This document shows, one piece after another, positions 51,963 to 61,126 of a stretch of DNA of 64,000 nucleotides. The DNA lies in assembly GCA_963711155.1 (NCBI GenBank), contig CAVQDB010000005.1, positions 2,346,382-2,410,381 on the forward strand, written 5' to 3'. Source of the stretch: an uncultured Armatimonadetes bacterium. Its GTDB lineage: Bacteria; Armatimonadota; UBA5829. The number at the start of each line of letters is the position of its first letter. Positions within the stretch are counted from its first letter, which is position 1. The notes below the pieces were generated by a model. The model did no database searches, had not been told where the DNA came from, and worked only from the letters and a program-made list of their open reading frames with translations. Both the position numbers and the translations under genes were made by a program.

Positions 51963-54113
51963 CTACCGACCGACGATAACGTCAACCTTGCCGGCGGAAT
52001 GGAATACCTTCACCAGTCCATTGTCGGCATACGACCATCCATAGTCCTTCCCCAACTTGCTGACGCGGCGCAGCGCCTTCCCGTTGCACTCTACGGATTT
52101 CGGCGGCGCCGCCACTACCAATCTATCGGTGCTCTCGCGTGCTGTTCCATAGTGCACGCCCTTTGAATCATATCGGATCGACATCAACGGCGAGGATACC
52201 CGCACGAGGTGGTTCTCGCCCTTCGGCGCCATCTCGGGCAGCGTCCCCATCGCGTAGACGTAGGCCGTCGGCGCCCACATGTTGTTGCACCACCACATAT
52301 CGTTCGATGCCTGGACCGGCCCGCCGCCCATGAGCAAGATGAAGCCGTTCTGTTCGGTGTAATACTGCCCGGCGTTGAGGAAGTGGTAGACCATCTGCTT
52401 GTGTTCGGGCCTGCCGGTAGCCTCGTAGAGGTCCGCCTCGACCATCGACATGTGAAAGCCGTGGTAGGGCATCACGACGTAGCAGACGGTCTGCTCCGCG
52501 ATGCCGCGCTCGCCGTTGCAGTCCTTGGCGCCAAAGTGCTCATAGATCCAGGACCGCAGTTGTTCGGAGAGCTTGACGTACTCGGGATGCTTGTCTCGCC
52601 GCGTGAGCAGCAGCCGTATCGCGTTCATGGGCACGTAGCCGGAGAAGTTCTCGGTTTCCGGGCCCTTGTAGTGGCACCATTCGAGATTGACGTTGGAGGG
52701 AACGTCGCCGAATATGTTGAGCCATCGATAGCTCTTGCACGGGACGTCCACAAGCCACTGCTCGGCTCGCCTGGCCGCGGCCGAGTATGCCGGCTTGCCG
52801 GTCGTGGCGCCGACCTCGTCGAGAAACGCGATATTGTCCAGGACGTTGGCGGAGAAGTCGTCGTTGGGCTTGCCGTCGCGGGGGTTGACTCGGTAGTCCC
52901 AGTGGCCATCGGGCAACTGCAGCCTCAGGAGCGCGTCCGCCATGCCGGCGCAGTAGGAGAGATACTTCGACTTGCCGGTCAGATGGTAGAGGCGCATGCA
53001 TCGTGATCCCGACCGCGCCCTGTTCCTCCAATGAGATCAAGTCGCCGCCGAGGTTCTCGTCCTTCACCTCGCCAACGTCGCCGTAGGGCCAGAGGAAGAT
53101 GGTCTTGCCCTCCACGTCGCCGACGACCTTGCCCTGGTTGACTTTGGTGATGGAAAGGCCCCCACCCTTCCAGTCCTTGGGGATCACGTGCGCAGGGAAG
53201 AGCAGCCAGTCGGCGAGCTGCTCGGCGCAATCGAGGCCCCGCTTGTCGCCGGTGAACATGTAGTAGTCCAGGAAGCCCGTGTTGTAGAAGTGAATTCCTG
53301 CGGGATGTAGTTGGTCGGGTTGCCGACGGTCCCGTTGAGGTTGATCGTGCAGGCGTAGACGTAGGGCGGCCACTTGCGGCCTTCCTCGTCGCGCAGCCAG
53401 TTGCCCACGGCGTTGTCGGCGGCCCAGAAAACGAACTCGCAGGGGCGAGTGATCATGTCCTTGTAGGGCCAGCGGGACAGGACGCGGCCGCTGGAATCGT
53501 GCGCGACGTTCTGCATTCCGTAGAGCCTCGTGTCGAACGGCGTCTGGCTCACCTTGATATTGGAGAACGACGCGCCGGCGTAGCGCGCGGCGACGCCGAC
53601 GGTCCCGGCGTAGAGCTGGCCGAAGAGAATGCCCTGGAGCGCGGGCTTGCCGTCGAGACTGGCCAGGAACTGCGTGCCGGCGAGCATGACTTTGAGATGG
53701 CGCTTGCCAGGACTGGGGTCCTGCAGAGGGCAGACGTTGCAGAGCGTCTCGTTGTCGCCCGAGATCAGGTAGTAGGAGATCGTGTAGAGGTCCTCTTCCG
53801 TCGGGCCGTTCCACGCCTTGTAGGGCTTCTTGTCCAGCACGCACATGGCGTAGTTCTCGGGGTTCACGTAGCCCAGCACAAACCCGACGCGGGCGGACTT
53901 GCCCGTAGGCTGCCAGTCGAGGTCGGCCTCGATGGTGAGATCGCCGCGAACGCCGGGGGCTGTCGCGATGGCCCAGTTATCGCCGGGATCGGCGATTCGA
54001 GCTTGCGAGCCGGCAAGGGTCCAGTTGCCCTGAACTGCGTGCAGTTCGCGCGCGGCCTGGCAGGCGGTTGCCGCAAGAGTGATGCAAGCTGCTGCGATGA
54101 AGACCCTGACCAT
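51963..54113 (-). CDS. Secreted protein: N-terminal ConA/DUF1080-like beta-sandwich + (alpha/alpha)6 barrel; apparent frameshifts near 53300 and 52998
   Basis: ORFs 53184..54113, 52540..53844 and 51963..52997 join. Motifs: GTVGVAARY..ASFSNIKV, DYYMFTGDKRGLD, RLYHLTGKSKYL, LQLPDGHWDY. Confidence 0.65.
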
Positions 54114-54154
54114 TCTCCAGTGCTCCTCCAGTACCCTGGTACAACCTCATTCTC

Positions 54155-54203
54155 ATTATAGCACACAAATGCGCAGCTCTTATAGCTTACACGCATAAAT
54201 ACG
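54155..54203. promoter_or_regulatory. Leftward -10 box plus two one-mismatch operator copies
   Basis: TATAAT (minus) at 54155-54160; CACA CAAA TGCG at 54162-54173; CGCA TAAA TACG at 54192-54203, just upstream of the rightward -35. Confidence 0.45.
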
Positions 54204-54206
54204 CGC

Positions 54207-54235
54207 TTGACGCAGGTGTTTCGGCTGTATACAAT
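54207..54235 (+). promoter_or_regulatory. sigma70-type promoter for the symporter
   Basis: TTGACG-N17-TACAAT. Confidence 0.8.
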
Positions 54236-54279
54236 TAACTCTACAATGAGGATGTAATCCGAGAAAAGGAGACCAAAGG

Positions 54280-55968
54280 ATGCCGGTTACTATTGAGCTT
54301 TCGCTATTTGATTGGGTTGTGTGCATCGTCGCATTGGGCGGGAGCATATTCATCGGGCTGTGGCTGTCGCTGAGAGCACGGTCTACGGAGAACAGCGCCG
54401 GGTTCTTTCTCGCGGGCAGATCTCTTACGTGGCCAGTGGTCGGGGCCTCTCTGTTCGCGACGAACATCGGCGCGGAGCACCTGGTAGGGCTCTCGGGCGA
54501 CTCCTACCGCTACGGTCTGTGCGCGGGAACGGTAGAGCTAGCCACAGCTATCTGCCTCGGCTTCGCGGCAGCGGTACTGCTTCCGCACTACTTAAGGAAC
54601 AAGATCTACACGATACCGGAGTTTCTGGAGACGCGCTACAGCCCAAGGGCGCGCGTGGCGTTCTCGGGCCTGATGATCCTGATATGCATCATGACCAAGA
54701 CCGCATTCACGCTCTATGCCGGCGCTCTGGTTCTGCACCTGCTGATCCCCGGCTGGGACATCATGCCCACGATCGTGGTTCTGGGTGGACTTGCCGCGGT
54801 TATCACGATGGTGGGCGGGTTCACGACAGTTGCCTACACGGACACCATACAGACCGTTATCATGCTGGTCGGAAGCGGCACGATGACCATCATCGGGCTG
54901 AATGCAGTCGGAGGGTGGCATGCGCTTACCGTAAAGGCCGCGGCTCTGCCCGCGGCGATGCATCTGGCGCCCAACGCTGCAATGCACATAGCCAGGCCGC
55001 TGACCGACCCGAACTACCCGTTCTGGGGCATCATCATAGGCGCGATCTACGGCGGCATATTCTACTGGGGCATGGACCAGGTCAACGCCCAGCGAATGCT
55101 GGGTGCCAAGAACCTCAACCACGCCCGCTGGGGAGCTATGTTCGCCACGCTTCTCAAGCTCTTTCCGGTGTTCATCTTCGCGCTGCCGGGAGTGATCGCG
55201 CTGGTGCTGTCCAAGGGAAGCCTGCTGGTACCGGACGCGCATGGCCACGAGCACACACGAGAGACGTTCGCCTGGCTCCTAACCCATCTACTTCCAAGCG
55301 GCATGCGGGGCCTGCTGCTCTCGTCATTGCTAGCCGCGTTGATATCCTCGCTGCTGGCAATCATGAACTCGATGTCAACTATGGCAGTCAGGGACTTCGT
55401 CCTGAGGTTCCGCCCGGACACCAGCGAACAGAGACAGGTCTGGCTCGCGCGAGCGGCGATTGTGGGCGGGGCTTTCCTTGGCGTACTGGCCGCGTATCCG
55501 ATCTACAAGAGTCCCGATGGCATATACAAGTATCTCCAGACCATATCGATATATCTTGCCATGCCCGTAACGCCTGTGATCGCGTTTGGCATCATGTCCA
55601 AGCGGGTGACTATCAAGGGTGCCACGTGGTCGGTGATCGCAGGTGCGGCGGTGGCGGTCATCTATGTTATAGACCAACTCAAGGGCGTAGCGTGGGGCAC
55701 GAAAGCACTTCCGTTCCTGCACTTTGAGTTCCACGGCATCAAGCTGACAGAGAACTACACCCTGCGAGGTCTGTGGGGAACGCTGATCGTGATAGCGGTG
55801 CTGTTCATTGTTTCGGCGTTTACGAAGAAGACTGACAAGGAGGTCCTCGATCATACAACTGTCAACTGGAGGCAGAAGCGCGAGCCGTTCACGGGCATCA
55901 CGGACTGGCGGCTGCACTGGGTGCTGTTGGCGGTAGCCACAGTGCTACTCTACAAGTTCGTCTGGTAG
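54280..55968 (+). CDS. Sodium:solute symporter (SSS/SLC5 family), probable sugar importer
   Basis: Intact 562-aa polytopic membrane protein; FFLAGRSLTWPVVGASLFATNIGAEHLVGL, YTIPEFLETRY, VAYTDTIQ, YWGMDQVNAQRMLGAK. Confidence 0.93.
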   Translation: MPVTIELSLFDWVVCIVALGGSIFIGLWLSLRARSTENSAGFFLAGRSLTWPVVGASLFATNIGAEHLVGLSGDSYRYGLCAGTVELATAICLGFAAAVLLPHYLRNKIYTIPEFLETRYSPRARVAFSGLMILICIMTKTAFTLYAGALVLHLLIPGWDIMPTIVVLGGLAAVITMVGGFTTVAYTDTIQTVIMLVGSGTMTIIGLNAVGGWHALTVKAAALPAAMHLAPNAAMHIARPLTDPNYPFWGIIIGAIYGGIFYWGMDQVNAQRMLGAKNLNHARWGAMFATLLKLFPVFIFALPGVIALVLSKGSLLVPDAHGHEHTRETFAWLLTHLLPSGMRGLLLSSLLAALISSLLAIMNSMSTMAVRDFVLRFRPDTSEQRQVWLARAAIVGGAFLGVLAAYPIYKSPDGIYKYLQTISIYLAMPVTPVIAFGIMSKRVTIKGATWSVIAGAAVAVIYVIDQLKGVAWGTKALPFLHFEFHGIKLTENYTLRGLWGTLIVIAVLFIVSAFTKKTDKEVLDHTTVNWRQKREPFTGITDWRLHWVLLAVATVLLYKFVW

Positions 55969-55998
55969 CCTATTGTAGGCGGTATCAGGGGCAGAGGA

Positions 55999-58912
55999 TC
56001 AGTTCGTTGAACCGGGCTTGTCGCGAACCACGAGCGGCAAGCCCGGTTCCATTGGGCGCTGACCACGGTCAGTAGGAACTTCCAGCCCGGCTTTCGCGGT
56101 TCCGGCGGGGATGGTGATCCACTCACCTTCGAAGCCCTTGAAATCCCTGCCGTTCAGGCGGACGGACTTGATCGGCTTCGCGTCCGGATGCCGGATGCGA
56201 AGCTTGATCGGCACGGGTTTGCGGTCCGGGGCGGTTACCGATGCCTCGATCTTGCCGTTGGCGGCGTCTGATTCGATGCTGAAGCTGACGTTGCCGAACC
56301 ACGTGGGCAGTCCCGTCACCAAGATGCTCTTCCCCTGCTCCAGCCACGCTCTTGGTACCGCGCGGCAGAGTTCGAGCGAGTCCGGGTTCTCGTGCACGAG
56401 CATCATGCGCAGGAAGCGGGTGTGCTCTCCGTCGGCCCAGGGCAGGTTCTGAACACCTCCGTGCCATTCGACGGGCGCGTAGGTCTGGCGGTCCATCGCC
56501 TCAGCCAGTTCGTTGTAGTAGACGTTCAGGAACTTGTTGATCTGGTCGCGACCGTAGTAGACGGCCCGCTGCGGCACATACCACGGCTCGCCGATGGCAA
56601 GCCCGTTCTTGAGCCAGTAGTCCTCGGCCTCTTCTATCATGTAGCCGGCGAGCCGCGATCTCGCGTCAACCACGCCGCAGTCCACCAGGTGCAGCGGGCC
56701 CACATCGAGCCACCAGGGATGCTTGTTCTCGTTCGAAATCTTCCAGGTGTTGTTGAGATCGATGGGCACCAGCGGGACGGTCTCGCCGTCGGTCATTTTG
56801 TACGGCGCAGTGTGGTCGGTGGCCCAGTTGACCGCCGAGATGATGCACTTGCGATACTCATCGACATCGGCGGTGAACTCCGCGGCCCGCGGATGATCGA
56901 TCTGCCTGAGCACCCGGGCGGCGGCGTTGAGTCCCATCCAGGTGAAGGCGTCAGTCGGGAAGCTGTAGCACGGCGGCGCGCCGTTCTCCCGTGACGCCGG
57001 GGGGCAAGAGGCCCCACTCCGGCGGCTTCGTGCCATCAGCAGCGGTGGTCTTTGTCCTGGCGCGCTCCCGCTGCACCCAATCGCAGGCGGCGATCAGATT
57101 CGGCAGGACGCGGTCCAGCCAGTGCCGGTCGCCGCTGAGCAGATAATGCTCGCTCAAGGCCCAGAGAAGCCAGCCGTGGTTGCTGGTCCACCTGACCCAG
57201 GTGTAGTCGTCAGCCGTGCTCAGGAATCCTTCTTTGGACTTGAAGTTGCCCGGCGGCGTGGACTTGCCCTGCCACTTGAGGAACGTGTCGAGGTAACGGG
57301 CCGCGTCGGCGTGATAGCCGTGCATATCCAGGCCGACGATCTCCGCGGCGGCGAGGTTGCCCCAGACGGCGTCGTACCAGCCGATGTTGGTCTTGATGAT
57401 CGGGAGGCCGTTGGTCGGGTCGATGTCGGCGTTGGAGAGGATGTGGGAGATGTTCACGTTCCAGACTTCATCGACCACGCGCTCCGGGACCTTGACCTGC
57501 GCGCCCTTGTTGAGAATACCGCGCCAGTAGTCCGTGACGGCCTGGCATTCGCGCTCGAACTGCGCCTTTTGCAGCCACGCGGCTTCCGTCGAGTTCGCCG
57601 GCAGGAAAGGCACGGTCACGACCAAATCCTTATGACCGTTCGCGGGCACGTCGAACTTGAAGTGCACGCAGTTGAGCATGGGATCGCCGGCGTTCGTGTT
57701 GATCCACTTGCCGGATTTGGTCTGAGGATCGTAGTCGAGGCTGTAGTTGATCTCCATCCAACTGATCACCGGATAGGGCCTGTCGCCGGCAGTCTTGCTT
57801 ATCATCGCCCGGACCGCGTGGGCGAGAACGGGCTCGAAGTTGCAGTACAACACGCCGCCCAGGTTGTTGGACAGCTCGGGCTTTGAGCTGAGCTCGTCGT
57901 AGGTGTGGTTGTTGATGACGGGCTTGACCGAGATCCAACTCGTGCCATCGAAATACTGGATGTCCAGGCCGTCGTAGGCGGGCACGGCTCCGCTCATCGA
58001 GCCGAGGGTGATGCCGTTGAGCCATCTGGGCTTCTCGAAACGCAGGCCGATCCCCGCGGTGCCGGTGAACTTGTCGGTGGTCGGCGCCCACCAGGAAGCA
58101 AACAGACCGTCGAAGGCCTTCTCCGGCTCGTGGCCCTTCACGGGTTTGTCCGCATAGTCACCCCAGGCCTCGACCTTGGGCCTGTCCGGCTGGAGTTTGG
58201 TCTCGGCCTCAGCGCCCTCGGGGCCTCGCCACATCACCCGGACGTCGCCGGCGTCGGTGGTCAGCCGATCCTTGCCGGCATGCAGTATGCCGCGATACTC
58301 GTAGGGCACTTCCGATCGGTCCTGGCCGTTGGAACTACCGCACACCGACAGCCACAGGTCGGCTTGCTGGGCCTTGTCGGACTCGTTGGTGACCCGCACT
58401 CGCACGAACGCCGCGGAGTTCTCCTTGCCCGTGCGGACGTCCATTTTGTCGCCGATGAGGCGGACGAAAGACACTTCGTCGTACTTGAGTTTGTTAGCTG
58501 CATCCTCCCAGGCCGTCGTCATCATCGGCAGGCAGCCGTCGACCAGCCTCTGACGCACGTCCGGCCGCGGAGCCATGCGGAAGTCCGGGGTCGCGCCCGT
58601 GCCGATAAGGATCTCGATGCCGTCGTCATAGTGGGCGAGCAGATCCCTGCTGCCCGGCAACAACGGACAATCGCCCAGCGCCTGGGAAACGTAGACCGTG
58701 TGGACTCCCCCGCCCATCGTAGAGATGAACTTCGCCCTGCTGTCCTTGGCGGACAGAACGGTGCACTGGCCCACGAGTGGAGTCCAGTTCTTGCACGCCG
58801 ACTCATACGTCGGCTCGACGGGCAGGTCCTCGAAGCGAACCGCCGCCGATGCGATCGAAGCCATAACAATCATTGCGGTACCCAGTATCCAAATCCTCGT
58901 GCTGTAAGTCAA
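55999..58912 (-). CDS. Secreted six-hairpin-glycosidase-like protein with an inserted discoidin (F5/8C) domain; apparent frameshift near 56985
   Basis: ORFs 56951..58999 and 55999..57036 join. Discoidin motif EKAFDGLFASWW. WTSNHGWLLW, GLLPPG, CRAVPRAWL and LPTWFG parallel 33902..36303. GGAGG RBS before TTG 58912 / GTG 58915. Confidence 0.65.
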
Positions 58913-58932
58913 CACTAACCTCCATAGAAATG

Positions 58933-60291
58933 CTATTCCGGCCGGGTCATCACTCGCCAGAGCAGGAACGCGTACGGTCCGTAGCTCTCGGGCGTCCACG
59001 CCGGCATAGGACAGTCCGAGGCGATGTAGAACTCACCGGTTGTCTTCACGGAACCGTAGAGCTGGTTCGGGACGAACAGATAGCTGCTCGCCTTGTAACC
59101 GAGTGCGAGGGGATCGGCCCCCGCGATGGGCTGGTGATCCACAGGGCCATCACCCAGCAGGTCGCCGTCCCAGGCATAGAGCTGCCCCATCGATGGGTTG
59201 TTGATGAACACCCAACCGCCGGCGGACGCGGGAACCATCCTGCCGCTGTTCGCCAGGCTATACGAAATCGAGACGGACCTCAGCTTGACCAGATGCCTCG
59301 ACTGCACATCGTATCGCCAGAAGTCGTGGGCGCAGGGAGCCGTCTTGTCCGCGGAGATCGCTTCGCAGTATATGAGAAGCCTGTTGCGTGCAGGGTCCTC
59401 CGGCCGCATGTCCAGCGGCATATATGTGCCATCCTCCGGCCATTTCATGTCCTCGCGGTGCAGGACGCGCCCGTCCCAGGAAAGGTGGATGAGCCGGGCA
59501 GACACGCGCTTCGAGTCGTCCCAGACCTGGCCGGTCACCACAATCCCCGCATCCGTGGCCGCCACCTGGGGATAGAACAGAGCCATCGGCTCCGCATAGA
59601 CTATGGGCTCCTGAAACGCGAAGTCTAGACCGGACCGCTTTCCGATGAACACAACAGGCGTGTTGAACCCGAACTTCTGCTCAGGCGACCAGGCCAGCAC
59701 CACCAGCGCCATACGCATTCCATCCGGCGATACGCCCGCGTTCATCCGGAGATGAAAGCAGTCCTGCACGCTCGTCGGAATGAGCGAGGTGCGATCGACG
59801 AGACTAGTGATGTCCTCCGGCTTCGCGCTGCGATAGTAGCGCAGCCGGCCCGGGCTGATGTCCGCTCTGTCGGTCTCATAGTCGCACCCGACGAAGATGT
59901 GGATATACCCGTCTGGGGTGAGCACCATCTGCGGCTGGTTGCAGTTGTGCAGCCTCCAGCTCGCGTCCCGGCCCTTCTGCTGCGCGGACGGATACGGGGC
60001 GTTCGGGATGGGAATTCGCGTCACCGCGGCCTTGAGGTCCGAGCCCGGCTTGGGATACTGCCCCACCGTCATCCGCGTCTGCCATTTGCCGTCGCACTTC
60101 TCGTAGGCGGCCGCACTCCAGAACAGCCCTCGTTTACCCTCCAGCAGGTAGCCGAATGTGTGGCCGCCCCACTGACCTCTGATGTTGTCCTGGAGCACGA
60201 CCGGCCCGGAGACTACTCTCACAGACGCGCCTGCCGCACTACAGCGCAAGACCAGCATGATCGCGAACAGGACTGCCAGACGCCAAGTCAT
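58933..60291 (-). CDS. Secreted hypothetical protein, probable beta-propeller (BNR_4-like)
   Basis: Intact 452-aa ORF with signal peptide; HNCNQPQMVLTPDGYIHIF, YYRSAKPEDI, FYPQ. Confidence 0.5.
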   Translation of the reverse strand: MTWRLAVLFAIMLVLRCSAAGASVRVVSGPVVLQDNIRGQWGGHTFGYLLEGKRGLFWSAAAYEKCDGKWQTRMTVGQYPKPGSDLKAAVTRIPIPNAPYPSAQQKGRDASWRLHNCNQPQMVLTPDGYIHIFVGCDYETDRADISPGRLRYYRSAKPEDITSLVDRTSLIPTSVQDCFHLRMNAGVSPDGMRMALVVLAWSPEQKFGFNTPVVFIGKRSGLDFAFQEPIVYAEPMALFYPQVAATDAGIVVTGQVWDDSKRVSARLIHLSWDGRVLHREDMKWPEDGTYMPLDMRPEDPARNRLLIYCEAISADKTAPCAHDFWRYDVQSRHLVKLRSVSISYSLANSGRMVPASAGGWVFINNPSMGQLYAWDGDLLGDGPVDHQPIAGADPLALGYKASSYLFVPNQLYGSVKTTGEFYIASDCPMPAWTPESYGPYAFLLWRVMTRPE

Positions 60292-60297
60292 ATCATC

Positions 60298-61125
60298 TCA
60301 CCATACAAACTGCGCCAGGAACCGCTTGCCTATTCTCAAGCCCTCCCAGTGCCTGTCGCCGCCGAAATAGGGGTCCTCGTGTTCAATGAGCACGGGGCCG
60401 TCGTAACCGGCCTCTCTGAGTATCTGGAAGAACGCCGGCCAGTCCACGGAACCGTAGCCGGGGAGGCGATAGGTCCACCAGCCCTCGCCGTAGATCCCGC
60501 AGCGGTCGATCTTGTCCTCGTAGATCTGGGTGTCCTTCGCATGCACACGGATGATCTTGTGCTTGAACTCGCGCGCGGCGGCGAGGTAGTCCACGCCCTG
60601 CCAGACCAGGTGAGAGGGGTCGAACTCCAGGCCGAGGTCGGGCGCGTCCAGTGCCGAGAAGATCTTCTCCCAGTTGTAGGGGGTCGTGGCGAGCTGGCCG
60701 TGGCCTGGGCAGTTCTCGAAGGCAAGCCTTACTTGGTGCTTGCGGGCCTCTTCGAGCAGCTCGCCGTAGATGTCGGCTATCTTGCGTATGTTGTCGTCGA
60801 GAGAGAGCCGGTCGTCGCGACCGGTCGAAGTCGAGAGAACATCCGCGCCGAACATGCTGCAGAAGTCCAGCAGCCTGCTGAATTCGGCTCGGGCGGCCTG
60901 CGCGACGGCTCTGTCCGGCGACAGGAAGTTGGCGGCGTGTATGCAGCCGCTAACCCGGACGCTGGTGCTGTTGAGGCGCGCCAGCCGTTCCTCGATCTGC
61001 TTGTCCGTCGCCTGCATCAGGCTCGACCACGCGGTGCTGCCCTCCAGCTCCATGTAGTCGAAGCCCTCGCTCGCGGCGAAGTCGATATGCTCTTCGGTAA
61101 ACTGCGAGCAGAAGCCGATCTTCAT
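60298..61125 (-). CDS. Sugar phosphate isomerase/epimerase (xylose-isomerase-like TIM barrel)
   Basis: Metal-ligand motifs LAFENC, GLEFDPSHL, RVHAKD and LIEHED; start is ATG 61125 or GTG 61137. Confidence 0.88.
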   Translation of the reverse strand: MKIGFCSQFTEEHIDFAASEGFDYMELEGSTAWSSLMQATDKQIEERLARLNSTSVRVSGCIHAANFLSPDRAVAQAARAEFSRLLDFCSMFGADVLSTSTGRDDRLSLDDNIRKIADIYGELLEEARKHQVRLAFENCPGHGQLATTPYNWEKIFSALDAPDLGLEFDPSHLVWQGVDYLAAAREFKHKIIRVHAKDTQIYEDKIDRCGIYGEGWWTYRLPGYGSVDWPAFFQILREAGYDGPVLIEHEDPYFGGDRHWEGLRIGKRFLAQFVW

Positions 61126-61126
61126 G

